From contig NW_026262679.1 of the NCBI RefSeq assembly GCF_021869535.1, forward strand, positions 43,276,001-43,340,000: a DNA stretch of 64,000 nucleotides, read 5' to 3'. Of this stretch, positions 12,901 through 26,089 are shown piece after piece. The notes beneath the pieces are model-generated. The model was not told the origin of the DNA, did not search any database, and saw only the letters and a program-made list of their open reading frames with translations. The translations under genes were made by a program, and so were the position numbers. Origin of the DNA: Mytilus californianus (taxonomy: Eukaryota). How positions within the stretch are numbered: position 1 is the stretch's first letter; each line of letters begins with the position of its first letter.

Positions 12901-14339
12901 AGAAGTCAGTGTCTCGTCTTCATAGTGGGAATTTTTTAAATGGAGATTAGACCCCGGATATACTAAAATAGAAGTTGTTATGACATTTTTTTTGTAAAAA
13001 TTATTTGTCCAATGCAGTATTAAAGGGGAAGACATTACATGTACACACAAATATTAAATACAGGTCTTTATTCACACAAATTAGATTTTGTCTTTGCAAT
13101 TCCTCGAATAAAATCAATCAAAGTGATAAATAAATATTCATAGTTTTAAGATTTTAATATACCGTATTTTCAAACAAAAGAAATTTCCGAATAAAGATTC
13201 CTCCTACAAAGCGTAGATTGAATATACATGTTTGCTTTTAGTTCCTGTTAAAAACATCTAACTAAAAGTACTTTCTTTCACGCTTCCAAGTTGCGGAATA
13301 TACATTATGATAACCAAATTATCAAATAAATTGATAAACCTAATGGCAATCAAATTTCCGCTTAACAGCTCTAGAGAAATTGAAACAGTTTCATTCAGAC
13401 ATGGGAAATATATTGAGAGCTCTATTTTTTAGTTGCAAAAGTGGCTTAGCTTAGTATTAGAGATCATAGGAAATAAATTAATTGAAACAAGCTTAATTCA
13501 ATCTTTCCAAGAACCCGCCTTATGTCTCCTTTTTTCCAATTATCAAAAAATGAAACAAAAGCAAGTTGACTATCATACACTTACCAAAAGCATTTCAATC
13601 AAATGATATCATCTAATATGCACAAAATGATTTGTTGTTAAACCATAATTGACACAAACCGCAAAGTTAAGTTGCGTAAGAACAGATTGGTTATGACAGT
13701 AATTTTATTTTGCCAGATTCAGCAATTTTAAGAACATGGTTCATGTAATGATATATGTAATGTTTCGACTGTTTGAACACAAGACATAAATAAGTAGTCA
13801 TGTCACTGTAATATAATATCATTGGCATTCCCTTTAAGTATCGTTCGTTATTGCCCTATCTAATCAAATTTCTCTCTTTATTGGCTTATCTCATCTAATA
13901 TTGCACTTTCCCAGTGACATGATTTGTAGAAAGTTTTTTTTCGGAAAATGCACTTTTTCATTCATAGAGTAATTTCGTTCAACCTGCAACTGTGGTGATA
14001 AGGTTGCATGTAGATGAACATTTAAATGTCATTGTGGCGAACCGCATTGCGTAAGAGCGTTTTTTACAATTAGTCGTGTTTTTTCTTCTTCGAATTAAAT
14101 ACTTGGATCAAGTAATTGATAGTGAATAATTGTTTGCTTTGTTTTACGCAGAAGGTGAAAATTCAATTAATTATAAAGCAAATGATAGACAAATATAACT
14201 TGAATACAACAATGTGGACTAGAATAGAATTCATGACAAAATTTATTGTATTGCTGATATTTTTTTTCGGTTTTCGGTTTATTTTCTTTAGTTTCTGCCC
14301 AAAACAAAAAAAAAAAAAACAGTAAAACAATATCAATTC

Positions 14340-15330
14340 AGGCAATCACTCCTATAGAGTAAACCAACAATTTCAGCAAAATTTGATTAATTTGTAGATA
14401 TCGTCTTGCTGACCATTTTTGCTATTTAAAGTGTCTATCTATCTTTAATAGTTTTCAAGATAGTAGACAAACACGTAAAATAATGGTAAAAATCGTCACT
14501 AAAGAGCAAGTACTCCTATAAGGAGTCGACTGATGATTTCGGCTATTTGACTTACTTGTAGATCAAGTCTTGGTGATAATTTTTGCTTATTTAAGTTTCT
14601 ATCTATCTATTATAGTTTTTTTCAGATATTAGGCAAAAATGCAAAAAAATGGTAAAAGTAATTATCAAAGGGCAATAACTCCAATAAGGGGTCGTCAGAC
14701 GATTTCAAGATTGTAAACTTATTCATAGATCTTGTCTTGCTGATCACTTTTGCTTCTTTAAGTTTCTATCTATCTATAATAGTTTTCAGATATTAGTCAA
14801 AAACGCAAAAAATTGATAAAAATCGTCATTAAAGGGCAATTACTCCATTAAGGAGTCGTCTGACGATTTCGACCATGTAGACTTATTTGTAGATCTTATT
14901 GATCATTTTTGGTATATAAAGTTTCTCTCTATCTATCATAGTTTTTCAGATACATGTATTAGGCAAACATGAAAAAAAATCAGTAAAATTCGTCATTCTA
15001 GGGCAATACGGTAACACCTATATGAAGTTGCCTGACAGTTTTGAAGTAAATAGACAATATGTATATCTCATCATTCTGAAAATTTTTGCCCATTCATAGT
15101 GGTTTTCAAGACAATTATACACCAAACTTGCATTTTACCCCAATGTTCTATTTTTAGCCATGTTGGCCATGTTGGTTTGGCAGGCAGGATCATCGAACCT
15201 ATTTTTTAAACTAGATCCCTAATGGTGATTGTGGTCAAGTTTGGTTAAATTTGGCCTAGTAGTTTCATCAAAGAAGATTTTTGTAAAAGTTAACGACGGA
15301 CGCAAAGTGATGGCCAGGTGAGCTAAAAAA
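14340..15330 (-). mobile_element. Helentron/HINE-type non-autonomous element carrying ~165-bp satellite units x4
   Basis: GGCAAT anchors at 14340, 14504, 14670, 14834 and 15001; terminal GACGGACGCAAAGTGATGGCCAGGTGAGCTAAAAA box typical of bivalve HINEs (recall). Confidence 0.75.
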
Positions 15331-16205
15331 TAAAAGCTATAGATATAAGAAGATGTGGTATGAGTGCCAATGAGACAACTCTCCATCCAAGTCACAGTTT
15401 GTAAAAGTAAACCATTATAAGTCAAAGTACGGTCTTCAACACGGAGCCTTGTCTCACACCGAACAGCAAGCTATAAAGGGCCCCAAAAATGACTGGTGCA
15501 AAACCGTTCAAACAGGAAAACCAACGGTCTAATCTATATAAAAAACGAGAAACGAGAAACACTTATGAACCACATCAACAAACGACAACCACTGAACATC
15601 AAGTTCCTGACTTAGGACAGGTGCAAACAAATGCGGTTGGTTTAAACGTTTTAATAGGCGCCAACCTTCACCCTACCTGAAACAATAGTGTAACATCACA
15701 ACATAGAAAGACACACTATAAAATATCAATTGAAATGGCTTAATAACTCAATCAAAAGACATATTAACAAAAACAAGTGAACATACACTGAACGAAAAAA
15801 TTTGATCTATGACACAATGTAAATACAAAATTAATAAAACAAGGGGGTTAGATGTATAACAAATGCCGCCAAATAAAATAACGTACACAGGTAAATGAAA
15901 ATACTTTTGTTGTAAAATATACATGGAGTACGGAAATAATGTTTACAAAATAAATAATTTTGTTGTTCCTACTACGAGAACAAAAGTGAAAATTTATCGT
16001 CATACTAAAGACTTATCAAAGGTGGTATATATTAAAAATAGTGGGACTAGATATAACACTGAATAAGTAAACATTAAATAACAAAAATACATTACAAATT
16101 GTATCAACAGGTCAAACTAACACGAAAGTGCGATTTGAGAGTACTCGCAGTTACTGAAAGCTAGTTAAAGCCAAAAACAATTAATAATAAAAATCATGCA
16201 TCAGA

Positions 16206-16263
16206 GACTAAAATCAACTAAAACACATCGCAGGGATTTAGTGTTTTAACGTCATGGACAGTC
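16206..16263 (-). ncRNA. SECIS element, form 2 (cis-acting RNA in the PLE 3' UTR)
   Basis: GACT-gtcc-ATGAC-GTTAAAACAC-TAA-ATC-cctgc-GAT-GTGTTTTAGT-TGAT-ttt-AGTC. 10-bp helix II, 12 nt from ATGA to the apical AA, mini-stem present. Folded by eye. Confidence 0.8.
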
Positions 16264-16449
16264 AAAGAAGACATGACTAGTGCAATGCTAAAATAAAAGT
16301 ATCGACAGGCAGTAGGATAGTTAGGAGTTAACCTGTTAATAAATATGTATAATGTAATATATATATAGAGTAATCTCTTATACTATATATAAAATGAACG
16401 TGGATGTGTATTTATACATCCCAAGAAACCGTTTGAAAAGAATACAAAT

Positions 16450-18020
16450 TTAGTTATGTTTTAATCTGCTGATGACAAAATCGATATTTGTGCCAATGTA
16501 AACTATATTCAAAGATCTAATTACAACATTGGTAAGATAACCTTTACTTATAAGTTTGTTTAAAGGTTCGATGAGTTTACACGGATTACATAGTGATTTA
16601 CGCGCTTTTTGTACAATATTATCGTAAAATTTAGGATGTGAAATACCGTTTTTAATAAGTTTTCTACAGGTACAGCCAAATTTACTAATCAAATATTTGT
16701 ATATATGAAAGAATTTAGTAAAAGTTTTAAGCAATTTGTGGTAACGAAATCCCTGACTTAATAATTTACCAGTGATGCATTGATTACGTTCGTTAAAATC
16801 TATGACATCACTACACACACGGGCATAACGAACGAGTTGGGATATATAAACACCGTATGATGGAGCCAAAGGAACATCGCCGTCTAAAAAGGGAAAATTA
16901 ACAATAGGGAATGAAAAATCGTCTCTTTTGTCGTAAATTTTAGTATGGAGTTTCCCTTTAAAAATTGAAATGTCTAAATCTAGAAAAGGACAACTACTGC
17001 TGTTTATGTTAGATTTATTTAAATTAAGTTCCTTTGGGTAAATTTCGGTCGTATATTTAGAGAACTCTGGATTATTTAACGAAAAAATATCATCAAGATA
17101 ACGGTAGGTATTGTTGAATGTATGATCAACCAAATGTAACAATGACGTGTCTTTACTGGGTTTGGTCATACACTGAGATTCATAGCAATAAAGGAATAAA
17201 TCTGCTATTAAAGGGGCGCAGTTAGTGCCCATAGGATTACCTACTACCTGTCGAAACATTTTATCGCCGAAACGTACATATATGTTGTCCAGGAGAAAAT
17301 TTAAAGCTTCAATCATATCTTCACATTTCCAGTAAGTGTATCTAGCATACTTTCTTTTTGTCGTTACAGAAAAAGCTTTAAACGAGTTACAGCAAATAAA
17401 TTTGCAATGAGATTTTTCAAAAGACCATTTATTTAAATATGAAAACCTTTTCTTGATAAGATTGTGTGAAAGTGTAGTGTAGAGAGTAGAAAAATCATAA
17501 CTGTCAACAGAATTAAAAGGACCATCAAAAGCACGTTTTTTATCTAAAACCTCTAATGATTTTTAAACACTCCAAAAATAGTTAATACCTTTATTTTCAT
17601 AAGCTTTATTACAAAAGTTAATAACAAGTTCTTTGATAGTAGCAAGGGAGGTAGTTAGAAGCGCTGACAGATTAATAGTAGCACACTTACTAGATGCGGA
17701 GATGAAACGGAATTTAAATGGTTGTTTGTGTAATTTAGGTAACCAGTACATAGTCGGGACTTTCAAATGTTCGGAAGAGGCTTTAAGCTGGGTAGTGGCA
17801 GTGATATGCTTGTTTACAATTTGACTCTCTGTGGAGCGTACGGACCTGAATGTAGAAGAACGGATAATTTCGTTTTGGAGAACTTCCGTGTAGTATATGC
17901 GTCACACCACCACTACATTATTGGCGGCTTTGTCTGCCGATACGAACACAAACCGCTTTGCGAGTACTTGGAGTTTATTTTTTTATTCTAGAAATGGGTA
18001 TATCATGGACCCTATTATTA
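16450..18020 (-). pseudogene. PLE reverse transcriptase with in-frame TGA (17902-17904, candidate Sec), one TAA (17563-17565) and a frameshift (~17983)
   Basis: FVFVSADKAANNVVVV[TGA]RIYY, MYWLPKLHK, DFSTLYTT, GNPMGTNCAPLIADLFL, RYLDDI, FLDLDI, YDKRDDFSFPIVNFPFL; a single frame runs from 17982 to 16450. Confidence 0.9.
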
Positions 18021-21000
18021 ATTTCAGAATTGTTTATGTTAACATATAATAGCTATTACCAAAGATGGTTTTGATGGGAGCCACAAAAATCTTTTTCGTC
18101 AAAAGAGTTATAGGCACACTTAATTGTCATTGCTGCGAATTTTTTTGCGTTAAAGTGTGCGATTGAATGTGGCTTTTGATCGATTCAATATTTTGTTTGA
18201 TATTGTTAACATGAGTGTTTTTATTTTACACAAAATACGAAAAACCTGTTGATATCATGGCTAACATAAGAAGATATCTTGTGTCCTCAAATGTGACAAC
18301 CACCCAACAATACAATAAAACCAGAAAAAGAGGTCAACATACAACAGTGGCGATCAGAAAAGTTTTTGAGGGGACAAGAAAAGATAAGAACCTTCTGAAA
18401 ATTTTTTGACGAACAAAATTTAAAAAAAAAAAATTAAATCAAACTCTTCGAGATTTGGAAATGGGGTTGTAATTAATTACCGCCAATGATTAACGGTCTC
18501 AGCCTACCAACGTTGCTCAAGTAACTGTTATTTTTTTGTGCGTTCATGTAAGGTGTATTGGCTTATTGTATTATATGTAACTTAAATTTAACAAACAAGG
18601 TCATAAGTAGGACAGATGGTAAAGCCTAGTAAAATTTGAATATCAAAGTGAATAAATAACTCTTATAAAAATAAGAAGCATTTTTTTTCAAATGTTCATG
18701 AATTTCCACGTTTTTTCTTTCATATATGAAACTATTGCAAATTTAATATTTTGCATAGTAGTTGGGACATAATATATTAGTATAATAGTCCGAGATGGAA
18801 GGCACTGGTACCTCGATTGATTGATTGTTGTTTTCTTTTCGTAGAGTGGCAGATAGTTCATACTTATGAGGGACGAGAACTAATCAAGAATAGTACAATA
18901 GGCTCTGGAAATGGTCAACCGATATGATTGAAGAATATTTAGAGTGGTACTGAAAATGGTTCTATCTCGGACATGCAGAAATTTTATCTTGAAGCATGCC
19001 ACCTCCAAAACTCTAAATAGTTGTTTCAAGGTTTGTTAGACATTCAGAGCATGATTACCTCCCTGCTGGATTTGTCGTCCCAATTCCGACCCGATGTGGC
19101 TGCGTATTTATAAATTCCACACATGTACAGCCAAAAGCATGCGTTAAATGTCGGAATCCAAGATGAATTAATTTGTATCTGAAACCCCAATATATATCTT
19201 TACTTAAGGTAGCTTAAAATGATGAAATAGTTTTGCACTTCTTAATTGGTGAATATTAACGTGACAAATGGAACTTTGCCGTAAAGGTCCATCAAGTAAG
19301 TTTTAAAACTTTTCGAGAAACAATAAAGACGTAGTTAGATATGTCTTGAAAATGATATCTTATATTTTGATACTCCATATCTCTTTCTCTGCTGCATTGA
19401 CATTGTTCTCTCATATACTGTTTTATGGTGTATGCTCTTATGTTTCTAAGCTATGAATTGGAATATCTCATGATTATGCTACATCTTCAAGCTATTTAAA
19501 GCAGTTTATGTTTTAAAATTATTCAAACAGTCCGATGTTGACACTTAATTTCCATTTACAAGTCTTCCTATATGAATATATATGGTGCCTTGCGATTGTT
19601 TAATAATATAGATTTACACTGTGTTGTCAGGAAACGAATGACAGTATTTGCTGGAAGGCTTCGACAATTAATTATATAAATTATGTATGCCTCTTGCTCA
19701 TGTTTCTTTCAGAAACATTTGTACATGAGTGTAATCTATCAAGGCTGTTAGTGGGTCTTCATCTTGCTGTAAATTGACCATTGAAAAAACATCAAGTATT
19801 GTATTAATAAAAAAAAGCAATATAACTCTATTCCTGTGAAGTTTGGTTATTTACCAATATAATTTTGGAATTGTTATATACTATATATATTGTATGATCA
19901 TGTATTATAACTCCTTTTCCAATATATCCAATTAGTCTGTTCTGCAAAGTTAATCGACCGTGGTGAAGGACACGAAATTTGGACTGCCACTAGAAAACAG
20001 GATGTGTTGTATTGCATTGGCGCAGACAAACGGACCCTTAAGGTTGTTGCAAAGGAATTCTGCGACGTTCTCTATTCGGTGCATATTTAGTGTTCCTATT
20101 TCAATCGAGAACGTGCATTTTGATTTGTACATCCCGCACAACAAACGTGTGTTTTACTTCTGGATGAAAAAATCCAAGTTACCCTAATAGTTCAATAAAC
20201 CAGTCCACTCTCGCGGTGTGAATACAATAAAATATTTGAGTTTGGTGCTACATTTATTGTACAACAATGTTTGGGTTAGTTTGACCAGATCATCCATATA
20301 AATGGAATCAACTGAATTAAGTTCGGGTTACTTGAAACTAGTGTGCATTGTATCAGAATATTTCTTGTTGCTTTTATACAAAAGCTTGCTACTTTCTGCA
20401 CTATCTATGTAATAACGAACGCGTTCAATCATTTCAGGGTAAATTACAAGAACTCGTGCAGCGACAGAATTCATTGAATGTAGAATCAAAGCATCTCTCT
20501 AATTATAATTGTATTGTAAGTGAATACTCCTTGGATTACTACTCTGAAAATGATGTTTTTTACGTCAAAATTGAATTAAAATGCACTATTGTAATAGGTT
20601 AAGATCAATCAAGCACAGCTATCTATACATGTAAGTTATAATGCTAATGACGTTTTATTGCTGCTCTTGACAACAATCAATTTTGACGAGGTAATATTAA
20701 TTCCATACATTTTTTTCAAATTATTAAATTACATTGTAGTAATATGTAAGACAAAGTTCGTTGATATCATTTTCTTGATTAAATCCATAATATCATCTTG
20801 ATTTGTGACATAATTAAACTAGACTGACTCCATTAGGTGAAAATCTATCCATCTAATGTTATTCCTTAACAATGTTGATGTTATTTGTACCAGTCGAAGC
20901 TTGCAAAGCAAAAATAATAAAGAAACATCATTTAGAAAATAATGTCTGTTCAGATACATATCATGAGTAATCTTGTCTTCTTTGTTACACCGCGATAGTT

Positions 21001-21026
21001 GTAATAATTAATTGACAGGAAACATT

Positions 21027-22800
21027 TATAACCGGGCGTTTTCCGTGTTATAGTAATTCAAAGACGGAATACCAATACTTTAAACTTTATTAGCAAGGTC
21101 CGGACAGTACCAGACCTAAGACCTAAACTGACTACAAAATAACATACAAAAGCATATATAGAAAACAGTTACTATAGCAAAGGATTAGTGTCCAAAGGAT
21201 TAACTTGTCATCGTCAGAGTTATTTCCATTACGACAAACATATATTTAACAATAGAATTAATTAAACACAAAGAAATGTAAAAGGTTTGATGAACGGATT
21301 AATAAATTGTCACTATAGCACTTAAAATATATTGTCGGAATTAGCTTTATTTCTATTTCACATTTGTCCAAATCTTCCTGGTTATATTCGCCACTACTCC
21401 ACCTAAACTCGGTCTCCGAGTTTGCCGAATGAATTTTGTTATCGTCGTGGGTATCCTCCTCCTCGCCGATGACGTTGCTGCGAATTGCCACGCGAGCAAA
21501 TTGCAAGGGTCGAACGCACATCTCGGTTTGAATGTTTTATATCTAGATGTTGAATCTCGTGTCTACTGTTTACGTTCCAGTCTTCCTTTAGTCTCTGAAT
21601 TTCGTCTTCCATATCATTTAAGATGCGATTGTACTGCATGTCAGAATTTTTGAACTCCATTGTTAAGCGTTGTCTGGTGTTCGTTAAATTTAGGTTTTCC
21701 TCTTTCAGTTGAACTATTACTCTTTCCAAATGTTCATTTCTATCTGTATAACCACTTAATTTCTTTTTCAAACTTTTTAGTTCGACTTGTATGTTCGGCT
21801 AATTCATGTTCGATCTTTTGAATTATCCGGCCATGTTCTAAACGTTCCAAATTTAATTTGTCCAAACTGTCACTCAACATTACATTATCTTTCACTACAG
21901 TATCCAATTTAGAATTTTCACACTTCAGCACAGCGATTTCTTTGATGAAGTTTCGGTTAGACACTTTCAACTTGTTAATGTGTAGTTTCGCGGATTCGTC
22001 CTGTATGGAGCACGTAAAAGCGGAGAGTTCCTTGTCCTCGAGTTCTTGAAACGGAAATTGAGACATTTGTTTCTTCTCAATAAACGTTCTCATTCGGTCG
22101 CTGTCTCTTTGAATTTTTGACTTTGATTTCTTCTTCGGTTTTGGGTTTTCACACGACTTAACGTGAAAACTACACATACGGGCAAAATGTCCATGATGTC
22201 TGCACTTGTAACAATAAGCGTTAGCTGCATAACACCGATGGTAGGTGAAAACGTTCAATGTCTTACCACAATATTTGCACAGAAAGTCCAAATAGGTATC
22301 TGCTTTTCTCATCGGAAACGGATGTCCATTTCTGCAAGGCTGGTAATTCCAGGTTCCTTCCATATAGTTGCTTCTAGAGGTATGCATTACTAGTTTGGGG
22401 GAACTAGCTCAAATTCGTGCCGCGGGTACCTCAACCAATATATAACCGGGCGTTTTCCGTGTTATAGTAATTCAAAGACGGAATACCAATACTTTAAACT
22501 TTATTAGCAAGGTCCGGACAGTACCAGACCTAAGACCTAAACTGACTACAAAATAACATACAAAAGCATATATAGAAAACAGTTACTATAGCAAAGGATT
22601 AGTGTCCAAAGGATTAACTTGTCATCGTCAGAGTTATTTCCATTACGACAAACATATATTTAACAATAGAATTAATTAAACACAAAGAAATGTAAAAGGT
22701 TTGATGAACGGATTAATAAATTGTCACTATAGCACTTAAAATATATTGTCGGAATTAGCTTTATTTCTATTTCACATTTGTCCAAATCTTCCTGGTTATA
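21027..22800 (-). mobile_element. Small non-autonomous LTR retroelement (1774 bp), two identical 360-bp LTRs, 4-bp TSD CATT
   Basis: 21027-21386 equals 22441-22800 on base-by-base reading; LTR termini TATAACC...GGTTATA; CATT at 21023-21026 and 22801-22804; PBS-like TGGTTGAGGTACC from 22437 and AATAAA in the LTR, both on the minus strand. Confidence 0.9.
21439..22387 (-). pseudogene. CCHC zinc-knuckle plus long coiled-coil protein (~315 aa if a 1-nt frameshift near 21800 is repaired)
   Basis: CKYCGKTLNVFTYHRC and CYKCRHHGHFARMC (CX2CX4HX4C). ORFs 21740..22387 and 21439..21771 join as ELA/NIQVELKSLKKKL heptads. Confidence 0.7.
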
Positions 22801-23091
22801 CATTCGTGACTTATTTCTTCATTTGAAATTATAATAAATATGCTTACAAAACTGTATAAGGATACAAAAAATGACCAACAATTATTAAATCAATTTTCCT
22901 ATAAAACAGTCTTATTTTACGAACCTGCCATTTAAAAAAAATGCACGCAATGTAGAAACTAAACCGATCTGAGGCCTACTTATAGTTTTAATTTGATATG
23001 TATGTAGATTTCAAAGAGAATGCTAGCATATTTCAGATGGTTATGAATTTTCAACTTTAATTCGAACTAAATCAGCTATATATTTGATCAA

Positions 23092-23510
23092 TAACAAGAA
23101 TGTGTCCATAGTACACGGATGACCCACTCGCACTATCATTTTCTATGTTCAGTGGACCGTGAAATTGGGATCAAAACTCTAATTTGGCATTAAAATTAGA
23201 AAGATCATATCATAGGGAACATGTGTACTAAGTTTCAAGTTGATTGGACTTCAACTTCATTAAAAATTGCCTTGACCAAAAACTTTAACCTGCCCACTCG
23301 CACTATCATTTTCTATGTTCAGTGGACCGTGAAATTGGGGGTCAAAACTCTAACTTTGCATTAAAATTAGAAAAATCATATCATAGGGAACAGGTGTACT
23401 AAGTTTCAAGTTGATTGGACCCCAACTTCATCAAAAACTACCTGACCAAAAACTTTAACCTGAAGCGGGACAGACGGACGGACATAATGCCACTAGGTGG
23501 GGCATACAAA
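23092..23510 (+). mobile_element. Helentron/HINE-type element with two 170-bp units, GACG microsatellite and 3' palindrome
   Basis: AACAAGAATGTGTCC start; CCCACTCGCACTATC at 23123 and 23293; GACAGACGGACGGAC; ATGCC-ACTAGGTGG-GGCAT end. Confidence 0.8.
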
Positions 23511-23789
23511 TCAAATTCATCTGGTGGGTTCGAATAGTGACTTAAATAAACGAAACTCTCTTTAGAATAATGTGTAGAAACAGATTTTTTACATGTGCAA
23601 TCTAATTGTAGCATTTTGAAAATAGTACACAAGTAAGAGATGAAACTATATTTAGGCATTACAAACAAATGCAAATGAAAAAAAAACCTTTATAAATTTG
23701 GTGCTTACGAAGCGCATTTGGAATTACCTTCACCAGGACGCCCAAAGCCATAAAATAGGAAAGCCAATTATGTATAATACCCGAGAAGC

Positions 23790-23945
23790 TTTTTAACCAA
23801 AAGGTACCGTAAAAGAGAGGCGAAGGATACCAAAAGGGACATTCAAACTCATAAGTCGAAAATAAACTGATAACGCCATGGCTAAAAAAGAGAAACAGAC
23901 AAACATACAAACAACAGTACACAAAACAACATAGAAAACCAAAGA
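23790..23945 (+). repeat. Dispersed repeat fragment; an inverted relative lies inside the Harbinger at ~7030-7135
   Basis: AGGGACATTCAAACTCATAAGTCGAAAATAAACTGATAACGCCATGGC matches the reverse complement of ~7040-7100. Confidence 0.6.
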
Positions 23946-26089
23946 CTTTGGTAAAAGCGCAATTATCATAGGTCTTCTTTGTAGGAGTTGGATTCTCAGT
24001 TTCCTAATAATTTCTCAAAGGTCAACGTATAATTTACGAAAATTTTGTTATATAAATCATGTCCGTACCAAAGCACTGACTACTAAGCCGATGATACCCT
24101 CGGGGTCCAAAAGTTCACCAGCAGTGGTACGTTGTAAAATGGTGATCAATGACATTTTGCATATCATATATCCAGAACACTGCATCTGAATACAGATCAA
24201 GGTTGCATTTAAACTTGTACAGGTTAAGGGAAAATATACTCTATTAAAATCTAGAAAAAAATGTATAGAATTCTCAAAAATACATTGACATTATCAACAT
24301 AAAGTAATTAGAAATTGCCAAGCTAATCGACATCCATATATATTAAATGTTTCCAACCGGAGACTGGGTATTCGAATGGGAAGGAATCCGACCTACAAAT
24401 TTCATTAAAATGATTCGTTGTTGCTACTTGAATAATCCATTTTAATGATTACAAATTTTCAAGGAGTCGCCAAATCTCACTGTCTGTCTGTCTCTCCCTA
24501 TCTCTCTCGTATGTATTATGAATAAAACAGCGGTAGCAATAACGTATCGTTTACTATAGTCAAATGCATATACCTGACAGATATTTCAAAAATTTTGTTT
24601 ACAGTAGTTTGTTTACTCTTTTTCTTATTATTTTTATGAGCAATCTTAACATTTGCACCTATTTTATTCATATCCGATGGTACATCATAGCAGGTATAAT
24701 CGTACATAGTCGTAAATACAAAAGTCATGTCATTTTTATGATATTCACCTCTACAAACGAAATTGTTTAATAATACGAGAGAAGAACCTTAAACCTAACC
24801 AAGTTTACAAGTATAGGAAATGTTTAACTGATATACAATGTGTGTTTTTATTTTGAAGTTAATTCATTTCTTTAATCTCGGAACCATATATAAACCAGTT
24901 TTGACTTTATTCTGGAAGGAGGCGTTACGGTATATGGTATATTATAATAACTACTCATTTCATTATACCAAAAGTCAAAATAAAAAAGAAGTGTTCTCAA
25001 ACGTCGATCCCCTGAGAAATCGGTCAAGTACCAATTTAATGAAAATGTGAAAACTAGCATGATCTACAAAATTGTTTACAAGAGTTCGATGACCTTGGGA
25101 TATCAATACGTTATGTTGTTCGTAATCTATTTTTATAAATCTTTTAAAAAATATTGTCTGGGAAAAAAGGAAAAGTGTTCTCTTCGTATACTAAATTTAT
25201 GATCATTATCAAATGACAAGTAATCATTTTCAAGGAACGTATTTGCGAATTTTTTTCTGACTATAGACACTTAAAGAAAATAAACATCGTATTCTGTCAA
25301 GATATAAAAAGATCCAACCCTGACGTGGAATTAATTTCTGTGATTTGCAAATGGCTTATTGTAATAATCAACGCCGAATGGAACCATAGTCAATAATTTA
25401 ATCAAATATCAGTAAGCGATTTCTTAAGGGGTTCCATTTTGTATTCTTATTTTCTGACTTTCATGGATGGTTTAGAATGAAAACAGTATTATGTTTCAGT
25501 AAATATTTATGGATTTGATTGAAATCTTGTCAATAAAACAATATCACTTTAATATTGTTTACGTTCAAACAAGGATTCAAATAACAAGAAGTTATATACT
25601 AACTATGGATACTAGTCCAAAACATTCAACATTTTGTTTGTTACTTCATCGATATTTTATTTTGATACTTGTTTTTTTTTAATATATCACGAGAATAAAT
25701 ACCCAACATAATACAATATCCTTCAATATACGTGCACAACAACTGTGTTCATGTTTAAAATGAAGCAAGTCATCAGTGTTAGCAGAGACATATAAACAAA
25801 TATTGTATTATATGTCTGTGCGATCGGATCATGTAACAATTCTTCTAGAAGATATTGTATTGAACATTTGTAAAAAAAAAAAAGAAAGAGAAAAAAAAAG
25901 TCAAAACAGATGATTCATAGAAAAGAGTAAATGTAACCTTATTTCCAATTCTCATCCAGTAGACACGAGTTATCTCCCATTCTTTGAATATTGTGCAGCG
26001 AAACAATAGTTTTGCATTTTTAATGATACATTATTATAAATTGCTCAATTCTGCCATCTACCTAAGCAAAATAGTTCATAATAAACTTT

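Larger units (their letters stand above)
15342..18030 (-). mobile_element. Penelope-like retroelement, Naiad-type (RT without C-terminal endonuclease), 5'-truncated, ~1.1-kb 3' UTR
   Basis: PLE RT motifs followed by a 3' UTR shared with copies at 40620 and 53270. Confidence 0.85.

Noticed and set aside
10548-13050. ORFs 10548..10901, 10571..10789 and 12715..13050 as a second host gene
   Set aside because: No recognisable domains and no consistent splice chain; compatible with chance ORFs in AT-rich DNA.
15993-16019. Hammerhead-like TTGATAA-GTC...GAC-GATA in the PLE 3' UTR (minus strand)
   Set aside because: Both catalytic boxes deviate from consensus; at most a dead relic.
19950-20602. Short ORFs 19950..20144, 19960..20187 and 20348..20602
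   Set aside because: Slightly GC-richer sequence but no identifiable homology; cannot be supported without a database search.
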